From NCBI RefSeq assembly GCF_009914755.1, contig NC_060931.1: a stretch of DNA of 64,000 nucleotides; one strand, given 5' to 3'. A program made the position numbers and the translations under genes. Origin of the DNA: the human T2T-CHM13v2.0 reference genome, Homo sapiens. Shown piece after piece: positions 41,845 through 56,530 of this stretch (within the stretch, counting starts at the first letter, position 1; each line of letters opens with the position of its first letter). A model generated the notes under the pieces. The model worked only from the letters and a program-made list of their open reading frames with translations. It was not told where the DNA came from and did no database searches.

Positions 41845-42889
41845 AAATTTAAGCTTTTTAATTAAAGCTTGTGGGAACATAAAATTAGACATATGCTGCA
41901 AATATAAACCTGATTCCTCCTGTTCATTATTCCATCAGTTCAGATTGCAATTTGTTTTAATAATGGTCTTCCTTCACCCAAAAACTCAATGAAAGGTACA
42001 AGCTGAAATTTTCATATTTTTTGTTTGCCTAAGAAAAGATTGTAATCATCTTACTCTCATGACAGATTTGTGGCATTATAGTAAGTTTGTGATTAAGTGC
42101 TAATGAATTATATTTAGGTGCTTCCTGAATATTTGGAAACCCAACATTATTTAATATGATCTTGAGAGAAATAATGGAAATCAGGTAAGAGATGCATCTT
42201 TTAAAATTTCTACACATGATTCCACTGCTAAATCATTGCCATGTATTTTAATGCTTTGAAATAAAATCATAATATAAAATTCCTGATTCAAATAAAAACT
42301 ATCAAAATGCACATTAGTTTCTGGCCCGAATATATTCTGCTGTAGCACTGACCTTTCTTATAGCATTCTCATATTTGGATGGCAAATCTCTTTCTATGAT
42401 ACACAAATATTGGGCTCTAGCATAATGTTTCAGCAGAAAAGGATGTGATATTTCAAAAAGTCTTCATAACCGCAAAACAAAGAATAAATAAAAAGAGCAT
42501 AAAATTAAAGGATAACTTTTCATTGAGGGCAAATAAGGCAAAAGAAGGAACTCTTCACTCTGTACTTTCTCTGATACAATAAGAAAACCACATTTGTTTT
42601 ACTGCTGGAAAAAATAATTTTTTAAAGTGTGATTTCCAGTTAATAGACCTATATATTGTATATATTACATCATGAAGCTCAATTCTAAGAGGCTTCAAAA
42701 GCTTAGGAGAGAACTAGAAATGAACTATACACAGTGAAAAGTGAATCATAGTAGTAAATAGATAAGAGCGTGCCACTGGGATAAATAACAAGAAGGTCAG
42801 GCTTAAAGTGGTGTCATTGAAAAGCTGGGATATTTTAGCCTATTTTCTTAGATAATATTATCCCCTAGTGACCTTGAGCACTTGCATCA

Positions 42890-43125
42890 GAGGCAGTATT
42901 GCATAGTAGAAAGATTATGGATGGACAGTGGAGCCCTGAGTTCTAAATCAGAATCTGTCCATTTCTAGTTAGAAATCTGGGACAAATTACTTTATCCTGA
43001 GATTAATTCTTCTCACTGGCAAAAATGGAGGTAATGCCTCTTGCCTCAAGGTTTCTTGTGAGGATTAAAGGAGAGCATCTGGCACCATACTAGCACATAA
43101 CCAACGTTCAATAAATATTAGCTTC
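42890..43125 (+). mobile_element. MIR
   Basis: 'ggcagtattgcatagtagaaaga..ttgtgaggattaaaggag..caataaatattagc'. Confidence 0.7.
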
Positions 43126-43591
43126 CCCGTTCCTTTTTCTAAAAATACAAAGCAGTCTGAGAAAAGCTAAGTGTTTTCCATGCTTCTTGCATAAGCATTG
43201 AATATGTGAGTTTGGGTTTGGCAGGCATGAACAATCTTTGTCACAGGGGCTTTTGGTTTTTGTTTTGTTTTGTTTTGAAATCATCAACTCAGGGTTTTTT
43301 AATGGAAATAATAAAAATAATTACTTTCTAATTCCCAGTCTAATAACTGACAGACACATAAACTACCCCACCAAAACTGATAAAAATTATTTTATTCATA
43401 TATATAAGGAATATATATGAAATACTAAGGTCCAAAATCTCCTCATAGTTACCTTAATAAAAGGAAGATGTCATGGAATTTTTAGACAGCAAATGAATTC
43501 TGGTTATAATTTTGCATCTTATCAGCATCTCTTCTGGGCTGACACTGACTTCAATATGATAACGCATTCAAAAATAACAGCAAAATAGTGA

Positions 43592-43951
<360 letters not shown>

Positions 43952-44349
43952 TAGTGTATTAAAAGCAAAATGTAGTTTCTCTTCAAAGGATCCATAAGCT
44001 GTTAAGGTTGAAAGCTATCACCATGGACTGGGATGGCAAGCCTTAACACAAGGAAATAGATATCCCCACTTCTCTCCACTTTTCAGCCTAGTGCACTATA
44101 GGTTCTCAATTAATGCTCATTGAATAACTTAATAAATGAATGGATGACCTAAAAATATTCCAAGATTTTTAAATACAAATCTATGAAGATAAATCACTTG
44201 GCTGCCATTTATTAATATTATAACTAAAGTAACCATAAGAGGCACTGCAGAACTGTTCAGAATGGGTTAAAAGTGTATTTGCATCTTAAGAAAAGGAGTA
44301 AATGGTAAAAGTAACATATTCAGAAAAGGGCAAATTCCCTAAAATCATT

Positions 44350-45800
44350 GTAAAAGGTACCAGATGAAGGTATCGGAATACAGCAATTGCCTTCATAGAG
44401 TTCACAGTCTACTGGGAGAGATTAACCCATAAACAACCTAAAATAGAGGTATATATAAAATAGAGAAATACACAAAACATATAGACGCATATAAAAACAC
44501 TACAAAGCTCAGAAGCAGGATCAATCAATGCTGTTGTGGGGACAATGTGTAGGGAAGAAGAGGAGCCTTGAGATATACCTCTTAGGGGACAATTTCGTTG
44601 CATCTCAAAGATGAGCCAGATGTGATCGGTCGAACTAGGTGAGGAAGAACATTCAGGCAGCCAGGAGCGATGTGGAACAGCAACATAGCCCAGAACAAAA
44701 GTAGTCAGTTTAGGGAAAGGCAGAGAGATCAATGTGGTGGAGAGCAGGATAACAGGGAAGTGAGGGCAGGGACATGTAAGGTAGGGAGGGCCTTGTTGGC
44801 TGCATGAAGAATTTGGATTTCACATTGCAGGCCCGGGGTTTTCAAAATACAAAGAGTAAAGACACATCAGGACCTGCTGAGAAATAAAAACTGCTTAGCT
44901 TTTATCAATTTAGGTTTCCACTCAATGTTTTCTTTATTAAAATTTTTTTTTTTAAAACTTCTGTTTTAGGCATTGAGCCCATGAAAGATTTTAAGTGAGA
45001 GTAGTAAGAACAGATTGACATTTTAAGAAGTTATTGTCTTGCCCTTTAGGGAAGGTGGGAGGAGCCCAAGTTGAACTAGATTGCCCAGGTGAAACATCTG
45101 GCGGGACTATTTCAAGTGGGATAGAAAACTGGCCATGGGAACAGAAAGTTAGTGGTCTTTAAAACTATTTCCCATCTTTCTGGAGTAAGTGATTGGACTC
45201 AAGAAGAAGAAGAAGATCAGAGTTAGTTCCAGGTTGTAACTTGGCGTTTTGCATATATCAAGGTATTCTTCACCATGGAAAAGAAAAAAGAGGAAGATCA
45301 GCCTTGGGTGCAAATTCTGAGCTGCATTTGAAGTACTTAAGTCCATCTAAATGCAAATGTGTATTCAAGAGTTGGGCATAAGAATGTGGGACAAAAAACA
45401 AAGATCCAGACAGAAGATATAGCTTTGAAAGCTAGTGACATAGTTGTATATGTTCAGGTTAAGTATGCAGTAGATCACTCAAGGAAGGGATAAGCACATG
45501 AAAGGCCTAAAATAAAATGTGTTTTATTAATTGAGGGATAGGCAAAAGAAGAGAAGTCTATGAAAGAAACTAAGAAGTATAGGAAAGAAGAGAAACTAGG
45601 AGATTATAGTGTCTCACAGGGTAACAGGTTTCAAGGAGAGGGTCAAACCCTGAAGAAAGCTCAAGCAAAATAAAACTGGGGAGGCTCTGTTGAATTTGGC
45701 AATGTGCAACTTCTTAGATACCTCAGCCAAAGCAGATCCATTGGTGGAATGATGAAAGCAGAAACATTTGGAAATTCACTGAATAGAGAGAAGGTATCTA
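44350..45800 (-). mobile_element. Long degraded L2 (antisense), possibly with a small MITE at ~44835-44962
   Basis: Purine-rich L2-antisense motifs ('gaagaacattcaggcag', 'gaagaatttggatttca', 'ttgaatttggcaatg'). Confidence 0.55.
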
Positions 45801-47539
45801 TTTGGAGACAATCTCAGGAAAAAAATATTAATTAGTTTAGTTAGTTTACAGCTTGTTCAAAGCTAAAAAAGAGACAACATAGCTATAGAGAGACACTAGT
45901 AAGTATAAAATTTCCACTAACCTATGAGACTAGTACCATTTTATGAGAAGAAGGTATTGGTTATAAGGACCACGAGAATTTTAAAGGAGATTAAGAATGA
46001 TGCTAAAACATGCAGATGTCAGTAATTGGTCTTCCACACCACATACCATTGTACAACACTGACCTGTATTTAATAAAATATTTTGCCAATAACTTCCTGG
46101 TTTCTCTTTGAGGCTGATACTTGATATTAACATTGCAGTTGATTGTACAAGTTCCTTGGTAATAGTGTCATCTATTATTGTTATATTAAGTTTATCTTTG
46201 AATGGTACTTGTTTACTTTTGATCTCTTCTCTAAATTTATGGAAAAAACTATACTTCCCGGTATTGTTTTGAACTTGATTTTAGAAAATGTGATTGGTTT
46301 ATTGGATTATTGTGCTTTATTTGAAAACTGTGCAAAAGCTTTTGTGGTTTCATAACAAACACTGAGAAACAGGAGAGAATGCATTAATATGCAGTTCAAT
46401 AAAATACAATTTTCAGGTATTGGTATTTAAAAAAAATAAGCAGGTTTGGAGGAAAAATAAATGAATAGATAGACTTCAAGTCTGATAATTGACTTACAAC
46501 TTTGCCTACCCATTCAGGATCCATTTTACATGGTGGCAAAATTGTAGAAAATCAGATCAAAGTAATGAAAAATTCTAAAGTAAAAGCGCAGATGGCCTAA
46601 GCCAGGGGAGTTGGTGTCAGGAATTGTCAAATTTCTGTGTTCTTCAGCCTTGACAGTAGGAGAGATGAAACACTGTGAAGCATTTTGAAAGCAATAAAGC
46701 TGGTCAAAGAACATGTAAACAGCTAGGGAACAGACGAAAAACACCATAGCCATTCTAGCATTAAAATGTGACTCTTATTTAAAGTTCAAGGGCTAACATA
46801 TTTAGTTAATTTGGTGAGGAAAGCAATGACCTACTTTCTGTGATTATGCTCAATGAGAGAACAAATGAATCTTACTTTTCAATCTAAGAAGAAAAGTATT
46901 TACTCACAAAACACCTTTTATTTCCCCCAAATTAAAGAATATAACTAAGGATTTATGTTTCCTTTAATTTTGATAAAAAGTCTATGATCGTTATGTATCG
47001 TTTGATAAAAAGTCTATAAATCGTTATTGTGAACTAACACAAGTCTAAATAGATGGCTAAAAAGAAGTTCAATTTTTCCAATTCTGTTTTATTTAACAGA
47101 TTGTAGCCTCCCTTACCCCAAATCCACAGTCCTGTTACTGGTTTGTAGAGAGTTGATTGATTATAGGCAGAAAAAGAAGTATAAGTTTCTCAAAAGCAGA
47201 TGGCTGTATCCCCAGGGCTTCATAGATGTTCAGTAAACTCTTACTGCTCTAAACTGAGTCATACACAAAATAATATTGGCCAAAAGCTCACTTTTTCTGA
47301 TTTTAATATCATCCTATCTGTACAAAATGTCTCCCAGCACTTAAAGATGAAAGAACTCAATAACTATTGATCTTGAAAGTAGATTTTGTTTAGACATATT
47401 TAATTGATTGACAAAGTTATTATTACTTATATAAACAGAAATATTTAATCTAGATGTTAAGAACTCAATGCCAAGAGAGCCAAAGAGGTAACATAAAAGC
47501 TAGAAACCTGTGGGTGTGGGGACTAGAGATGCTTATAAA

Positions 47540-47715
47540 TGAAAGGGACAGGCAGCAGCCAACCCCACTAAGGGATTTTATGCTGCACGAGCATCTGGTT
47601 CCAGATACATGGATTTTTCAAGAGAAGACAGAAATATGGAATTTGAGGCTAAATCTCCTAGTTTTAAAATGTTAACTCAATTGATTTTTAAAACACCATG
47701 TGATCGACAACCTCT
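47540..47715. mobile_element. MER102-like hAT fragment
   Basis: 'gatttttcaagagaagacagaaat.tgga.ttt..aaatctcc..ttttaaaatgtt'. Confidence 0.55.
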
Positions 47716-48211
47716 GATTAAGGTAGAAACTTGGCAATTAAGATCTTCAGACGTCAAATCCACTAAAAGGGGTGAACAATTACAATGAATGGATCGTGTG
47801 TTCAGCCTGTGCTATCTGAATTACAAATAAACTTGCTCACTGAGGAGGGTATAGAGTGTATTCTATACAGCTGTAGGAGCTATTGTCAAACTCTCTTCTT
47901 TCTTCCTCTCAGATGCAGTGGTGTGTAATACTACCATGATCTGAAAGTTGAACACCAAAATGATTAAGGAAAAGAAAAGCACTTAGAAACTTTTGCATAA
48001 TTCATCATTACAGCTGAGAATGAAAGACCCGTTGTTCTGTAGCACAAATACATTACAAACTACAACACATAATGAAAATTGAGTTCAAACATACTTGAGT
48101 GAAAAGATTTAAAATGTTAATTCTTTTCATTATTAGAAACACTTGCAAAATGGTTCATTACTGCTGACATAAGTGAACAAGTCGCGATGTTTTAGATATA
48201 TTTTCTGGAGT

Positions 48212-48299
48212 AGGACATATTTGTGCATAATATTGCTAGATGGGAGGAGGAAATTGTTGTGTATAATATTGCTAGATGGGAGGAGGACATATTTGTGCA
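48212..48299. repeat. 36-bp tandem repeat, ~2.4 copies
   Basis: aggacatatttgtgcataatattgctagatgggagg, then a variant copy, then a partial copy. Confidence 0.9.
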
Positions 48300-48660
48300 G
48301 TTCCCCCATGACGTATCCATTCCACATGGCTGGACTGTAGGTATTATTATTGTTCCACCACATGAGAAATGCATCAGGGCCCATTCCTGGACCAAAGTTC
48401 ACTGCAGCAGAAACAACACATGTGGTGCCAACTTCTGTCACACTTCAGTGGAAGGATTTAGAATCATTTACATTAGTTGTGGGTCTTTCCCTAACAGATT
48501 GTCAATCTGAACCATGTAATACTTTCAAGAGTAGATTTTAATAACTGTGTGTTTAGATGAGTGTGTGTGTGGAGGGGGTTGTTTCTCAAGGCAGTAGAAA
48601 ACAAATGCCCCATATGCAAAGAGATCTGGATTTCAATCCAGATCTGCCATGGATTAGCTA

Positions 48661-49160
<500 letters not shown>

Positions 49161-49921
49161 TTAAAGGCTGAAGTAAATGTAAGCAGAGAGTATTTTGGAG
49201 GCTTGTAGAATTAACATCTACCCTAATTTAAACTGTCAGAAAAGGCTTCCTTAATGAAGTGATGTGTGAGCAGATATCTGAACCGATACAGGAGCTAGGT
49301 AAGTGAAAAGTGAGGCAAATAATGTTTTAGAGGCAGGAAGCAAGATATGCAACAGCCAGAAATTGAGAGAGAGGCTAGAACTTCTGAGAACCTGCTCATT
49401 GTTTGTACGGCTGTATCAGTGTTCACAATGGAATATCAGCTGGACAATTCTCAAAGTTCATTCTAGCCAGAAACAGGTTGGGGGAATAGTCAAAGATGCA
49501 GATATTGCCTTACTACTCTTTGTTCACTTATCCATCCTTTTAACAAATAGTTACTTTAAAGCTATAGTCATTGCTTTTATATAGATTATATTACTTTTTA
49601 CATTAAATATAGTAATTCTCTTCAGACTATTGGTTGAAATAGACAGTTGACTTATTTTAACACAGAAGATGCTCATTTCTAGAGAGCAACTAACTTCACA
49701 ATAATTGTTCAGCACAACACTGCTATTAAGAAATTTCATGGGAAGAAAAACCCAGTGATCAAATAATTTTAGGAAATGCAACATTTAATCCCTCTTGAAC
49801 ATCAGTTATTTTATATTAGCATATTTAATATTTTAAGAAGTCCTTAAGTAAACAGAGCAATCAGCAAATACTCTTTAATCCAGTATTAGATAAGAGTTAG
49901 TATAGATTTAGTCAAGGCATG

Positions 49922-50499
49922 TGTGATGATTAATATTAGATGTTAACTTGGCTGGATCGGGGGATGCCTACATGGCTAGTGAAGTATTGTTTCGGGGTGT
50001 GTCTGTGAGGGTGTTGCCAGAGGAGATTGACATTTGAGTCAGTGGACTGGGAGAGGAAGACCTACCCTCAATGTGGGTGGGCACTTTCAATAAGCTGCCA
50101 GTGCAGCTAGAAAAAGCAGGCGAAAGAAGCAAGGTTAAGCTTGTTTACTGAGTCTTCTGGCTCTCTCTTTCTTCCTGTGCCAGACACTTGTTCCCTCTTC
50201 TCCTTCAGTTGGACATCAGTCTCCAGGTTCTTCAGCCTCTGGACTCTGGGACTTGCACCAGGGGATTCCTGGGGGCTGTCAGGCCTTCAGCCACAGATTG
50301 AAGGGTGCACTGTCAGCTTCCCTGATTTTGAGGCTTTCAGACTTGGACTGAGCCACTGTCGGCTTCTCTCTTTCCCCAGCTTCTAGACACTTTGCTTTAT
50401 AATCGTGTGAACCAATTATCAATTGTCCCTAATAAACTCCCTTTTATATATGCGTGCATCCTATTGGTTCTGTTCCTCTGGAGAACCCTGACTAATAAA
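49922..50499 (+). mobile_element. MLT2A2-like ERVL solo LTR
   Basis: 'tgtgatg.ttaatatt..gggtgtgtctgtgagggtgttgcca..ttgagtcagtggactgggagagg..ctctggagaaccctgactaata'. Confidence 0.9.
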
Positions 50500-50939
50500 A
50501 GACGGAATCACCATTACTGAACATGGAATCAGTGCCTATGAAGTTGTCATTTTCAAGGGCAGTCCTTGAGAATATCCCTTACAAAGGATCTAACTCTATT
50601 ACCATCACATAAAGTTGACTTTTTTAAATCAAAGGAAACTAATGAGATTGACCACCATGTCCTCTATCTATTCTACTTAAACAATGTATGTCAAGAACTA
50701 TGACCCTTCCTAGAAATAGCATAAATATCTAATGAGGATAAAAAATATAGTACAACTATAAAACCCTTAAGAAAATGAGTTTCTTTTTGCTTTGCATAGT
50801 CATGCTTGTTTGTTCACCTTTTAAGTTACCATAAAATAATAGGGAGAAAATTGCCTATCGGTATTCTAAATTCGTTAAAAGTAGGTAGTGATTTATTGCC
50901 ACTAAGACCAAAATTTCTTCCCTAAGAAGAGCAATAAAA

Positions 50940-52358
50940 GAGGTCATATGGGGAAAGAATAGTAACTTCAATAAATAGTGATGAAAAAAAATGGATTTCC
51001 ACATGCAAAAGAATAAAATTGGACCCTTAACTACACACAAAATTCAACTCAAAATGGATAAAAGACCTAAATGTAAGATCTGAAATTATAAAACTCCTAC
51101 AAGAGAACATGGAGGAAAATCTCCTTAATGTTGGCCTTGGCAATGATTTTTTTTCTGGCCATCACACCAAAAGCTCAGAGTACAAATGCCAAAATAAATA
51201 AATGGGACTATATTAACTAACAAGCTTCTGCACAGCAAAGAAAACAATCAACAAAATGAAAAGGCAACCTATTAGCCAGGAAAAAAATATTTGCAAACCA
51301 CATATGATAAGGGGTTAATATCTGAAAAGCATAAAATCCTCTTATAATTAAATAGCAGAAAAACAACCCAATTAAAATATGGGCAAAGGACCTAAATAGA
51401 CATTTCTCCAAAGACAACATAGAAATGGCCAATAGATATATAAAAAGGTGTTCAGCATCACTAATTATCAAGGAAATGCAAATTAAAACCACCAGTAGAT
51501 ACCACCTCCCATCTTTAAAATGGCTATTATCAAAGAATATGAGAGTTAATGAATGTTAGTGAGAGTGTGAAGAAAAGGGAATCCTAGCATACTGTTGGTG
51601 GGAAGGTAGATAGATACAGCCATTATGGAAAACAGTATGGAGTTTCTTAAAGAAATTAAAAATAAAGCTACCATATGACTCAGTAATCCCTCTTCTGGGT
51701 ATATGCCCAAAGGAAATGCAACCACCACCTCTTAAAAATAGCTATAATCCCATGTTCACTGCAACATTATTCACAAAGGCCAGCATATGGAAACAAGCTA
51801 AGAGTCCGTCAATGGATGAATAAAGAAAATCATATATTATATGTACGATGTAATGTTATAGAATAGTATAATAACATATACATATATATTATTTAGCTTT
51901 AAAAAAGAAGGAGATTCTGCCATTTGCCATAACGTAGGTGAACCTGGAGCACATTATGCTAAGTGAAATAAGCTAGACACAGAAAGAAAAATACTGCATG
52001 AGGTCACTTTTTGAGAAATTAAAGGGTCAAATATACAGAGATAGAGAATAAAACAGTGTTTAGCAGGGATTGAGAGTGGGGAAATGGGGAGATGTAAGTC
52101 AAAGCCTCCAAAGTAGCACATACGTAGGATGAACAAACCTAGAGATCTCATGTACAATATGAGGACTACAAGTAATAAAATTGCATTGCATTTGGAATTT
52201 TTGTTAAATAAGAAGATTTTAGCTGCTCTTATCACAAAAAAAGTATGTGAGATGACAGATATATTAATTTGCTTCACTACAGTAGCCATTTTACTATTTG
52301 TACATATCCCATAACATCATGTTGTAAACTTTAAAGACACACAATAACATTTTTTTTT
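50940..52358 (+). mobile_element. L1MA8-like, 5'-truncated (ORF2 end plus 3'UTR)
   Basis: 'caagcttctgcacagcaaag.aaacaatcaacaaaatgaaaaggcaacc'; 3'UTR 'gattttagctgctctt..gcttcactacagtagccattttact'. Confidence 0.85.
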
Positions 52359-53221
52359 AAGGTCAAAACACCACCCCTCTCTTGGTATGCCTACCTGTTC
52401 ATGATTTCAGAGCACCCTGGACAACCCCTTCTCATCAATCCCTGTTTCCAAGTGAGTCATGCCACTGCTCAGGATCCAGGACTTTTCAGATGTTTGAAGA
52501 CAAATTTCTCAGGCAGATAGCAGGACCAGTGCCAGTGTTAGAGGTGTTACTTAGTACTGCATTTGATATGGGATAAAACATGAATGACACTCCCATCTTA
52601 TTTTAAAAAAATGGAGGTTTCCTAAGGATTCATTTCTTAACCTGAAAATAATGCAAATGATGTTTTGCATTTTCTACCTCATTTCTAGAAGAAAATAATT
52701 ACAATATGGTCTTGCCTGGAGAAAGAAAATATCCATAATTTTAGTAGACCCTGGAATACCTTCCTACCTTTTCTATAATAACTTTATGATAAAATTTAAA
52801 GTACCTTTAAGAAGGGGATTCAATCTAGACTTGCCCGCTCCTGTATTATTTGTACTTAGCATAGTGTCTAGCACAGAGTAGATTGCTAAATAATGTTTAC
52901 GGAGGGAGAATGGAAGAAAAGAAAGGAGGAGAGACTTAGGCATCAAATATAAAGGCTGCCACTTTTACAGGAGCAAATCTCTGAGTCTAGGTGTTTTAAA
53001 AAGAAATTTTAAAAATGTTCTAAGAAGAGTTTCGGGCTCCTTGGGGGAATATGTCTCTTTTGTACACTATGATACAAACTGTATGCCTGAACCTATTTTT
53101 ATTTAAAAACTCCTATAATTTTAACTGTAAATAACATTCATTTGACTTGATTGATATTTAATTCATATAATTGAGGCATTCTCTACTTTATCTGCTGTTC
53201 TCAAAAGAAATAATCCTATAT

Positions 53222-53223
<2 letters not shown>

Positions 53224-53253
<30 letters not shown>
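53224..53253. repeat. (GT)n microsatellite, ~15 units
   Basis: Read directly. Confidence 0.95.
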
Positions 53254-53254
<1 letters not shown>

Positions 53255-53478
53255 GCACATCAGTATAAGCATTCACAGATCTGGTTCAAAGAGGCTATAA
53301 TTGAAATGAAGAGTCACTGTAATAGCACAGCAACATATTTAAGGCTTTGATAGATGCTTCAGATTCAACATACCTTCATAAAATGTTCAGGGTTGTTAAC
53401 TTTGCAGTGATTTTGAAGCACTAAAATTTTTATCATCCATCATACATAATCCATCATACATTAATACTGATGTATTAA

Positions 53479-53950
53479 TCAGTACTTTTTCAGTGACGAG
53501 TAGCAAAAAATGAAATCAGGCAGGCTTATACGGAAAAATGAAATGAAATAAAATGAAATGAAAAGGGGGATATACAGGCTCACTTTACTTAAATCCAAAA
53601 GTAAAACTGATTACAATTGTTGTCAATAAATAATATTAGAATTAAATATCACTCCACTTCTTAGCTTTCCTTTTTCCTGTGTTGTTTTATTCACTAGCAG
53701 GCTATCTCCCTGCAGTGGCAAGATGGCTCCAGCAGCTTGAGGCTTAGTTTCTTCCATTTTAACAAGCTCAGTATAAAAACTCCTCTTTCCTAACAGCACC
53801 TAAAAAAGTTTGATGGACCAGAAGTAGAGTGTCCATTCCTAGGACCAAGACCAACAGTAAGGAGGGGAGGTTCCCAAAGGAAAGTCAAAATGCTGCAGAA
53901 GAAAAAGACATGGATACTGAAGGACAAAGATAAAAGGGCTGTCTGTTATG
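53479..53950 (-). mobile_element. Old MLT1-type LTR, degraded
   Basis: 'gcaggctatctccc..gtggcaagatggctccagcagc..aggctta..ctctttcc..ggttcccaaaggaaagtc'. Confidence 0.5.
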
Positions 53951-56089
53951 TACATATTCTACATTCTTGTGGAATTAGAAGAAAGAGCTATTGCAGTATA
54001 TTTGGATCATTCACAGGAAATTCATTTTTTGTTTAAATACTGTTAAAATTTCTTTTTTTTTTTTGAGCCTAGAAAATAATTGAGTGATTTTTGTTTACAA
54101 AAATTGACCATTGAAATGAACAAAGAAACAGGCAGTTAAGCCTTTCACACTTTGGTGAGATATTTCATTGTGGTAACTTAGTTTATGAATTTATCTCCAT
54201 TTTTCAAATGTTAACAGTCATTCAAAGATTTGCTATTCTCATTTTAGGAACAAACATAAGAACAGGTAGTTTTGGTAAGTATGAATGTTCATGAGCATAA
54301 GCAATAAATTGTCAGCTACGTAATACATTTGAACCAAAAATAAAATTGCTTGATGAACATGAATTTTCTGTTTTTAAAAAGTGAACCATCCGTTGGTGAA
54401 ATAAGCAATCCTGAGTCTGTTATTCTGACTTCATCTGACATAGCAGAAAGAATAGTGAACACAAAGTCAGAATATTTTGGCTTCAATAAAAACTTACATA
54501 TTATAGCCCTGCAATCTTAAGCAAGTAGCTATTCTTAAAAGAATTACTCAATTGTCAAAAAGGATATTATGTGGAAAGTAGTTATAAAACTTTTGAAATA
54601 CAATGTAGATTTATGAAGTAAAAAGTTTCCTCCTTATAATGTATTTACGTCTGCTCGTCACATGGAAATTCTTAGCTAACTAGTGTTCTTTTATTAGTTA
54701 TTTTGCTCTAATGAACTTATTTCTCTTTATGACTTATTAAATGTTTATGACTATTTGAATACATAACTTATTCATGACCAAACTAGAGTGCTTGAAATAC
54801 CCTGCATAATCCTGCAGATTGAACATTTTGCCAATGCAGAGAGAATGAGAAATGGCAGTTGTAGAAATAAAGAAAGAAGCTCTTGCTTTGGTAACTTAGT
54901 TAAAAAAACAACTATGGATGAGATTTAACTTAATATTAAACAACAACTGATAGAATAAACCTACATTATTTGAAATATCAGTGGTTTTACTTGTGTTATT
55001 TTATATGAAACAAACTCAATTTTCCAAATAAGAGAAAAAAAAAGAGTATTTTCTAAATTTAATGTGAAAAATAAGGCCCTGAAAAATTGGAATGTCTCAC
55101 AAGCACATGGATATTTAACAAAAAAAATGACAGTGCCAACACATCTTGTCATACCACCATATTGATTCCCAGATCAGAATAATTATACCTGCAGGTAGAA
55201 AAATAGAGTCCTATACAGAAATGCAGGCCTTCTGTTGAGGTTGCTTTATCTTGTGCCATGTCATGTCAGCTACAAATAAATAAGCTAAGTAATATAATGT
55301 TTCCTTATTCAGATGTTTGGAAGATGTACCACCTATACTCTTACAGGAAAATTTCTAAATATTTCTATATTCATATATTTGGAATATATGGCTTTATTAT
55401 TATGCTTTATTTTCTTAAAGTTTGCTTCTTTGTTTTCAAAGAAGACGTATGGTCTGCTCATTTGTTATGTGCTAATTTATCTTTTACTTCTTATATTTGT
55501 TTATCTATTATCTATGATAATAAATATTAATTAGAAAAAATTCTCAGTAAGGGATTAATTCATAACATTATTCCTATTATGAAAAATGTCATTTTAATTT
55601 GCATTTTGAATGCTTTTACAGAGCTGGAATCCCTGGAGCTTAGAGTTTATTTTGACATCTGCTGAATTCATCTGCTTAATAATCAAGTTATGATGAAACA
55701 ATTGGGCTGTCAAAAGAAATGATCAGTGCTGCATTATTCTTGGTTGCATTGCTTTCTCTTTGTCACCTTCCAGTCTTTCATAGAAATTGAACTACCAAAG
55801 GACACAAATAAGCATTTGACACATAATAAAATGAGTTCCAGATTATCTGGCCAGTTATTTTGCTATTTTAAAGATATCAAAGATTTGGATAAAATGAGAA
55901 AAATTCAGTCTATGATCTCAGTGTTTCTTTATTCTTAAGTTTGTTCAAATACCTATTTTTAGTCACAGTTGGAAAATGGAATACTTTTGTTAATATTCTA
56001 GTTAACAGAGTTATCATCTTATATGACTGTTTCAATAAATTGGATTTCAAATCAACTAAAATGTATGTTTAAAACCAACTAAAATGTAA

Positions 56090-56530
56090 AATGTACTGTT
56101 GCCTGGGTATTACTCCATATAACTCCACATATAAAGTCTCAATTAATCCTCAAAATAAACTAATGTTACTACTATAACCATTTTACAAAGAGATTAATGG
56201 AAAATCAAAGCCAAGCCAGTGAGCGTAATACAGAGACTCGAACCCAAGATTCTAAATTTAAGATCAGAATTCTTCACACTATACTCTATGTAATATAATA
56301 AATAATAACAATCATGGATAGTAGATGTTAAGCATCCTTTATGTGTACTTTTTAAAATTGTCTCATGCCTGTGAGATTATCCCTCTATTTCAGGTAAGTA
56401 ATTTGGCAATCAAACAGCTGAAGCAGTCACTCAAAGCCACTCGGTAGGTAAATGGTGAAACTGGGATATAAATTCAAGCCAGTCCACCTACATTCAACAT
56501 TTGAAGTCTTCCTGCTTTAGCATACTGACT
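56090..56530 (-). mobile_element. Two MIR fragments
   Basis: 'ttaatcctca..ccattttaca..gactcgaacccaag' and 'ggtaaatggtgaaactgggat..tcaagccagtc'. Confidence 0.55.

Noticed and set aside
48212-48299. CRISPR-like array (36-bp period)
   Set aside because: Primate DNA, only ~2.4 units, the intervening segments are copies of each other rather than unique spacers, and no cas genes
48133-48541. Four overlapping ORFs
   Set aside because: No recognisable protein; partly due to the in-frame 36-bp repeat
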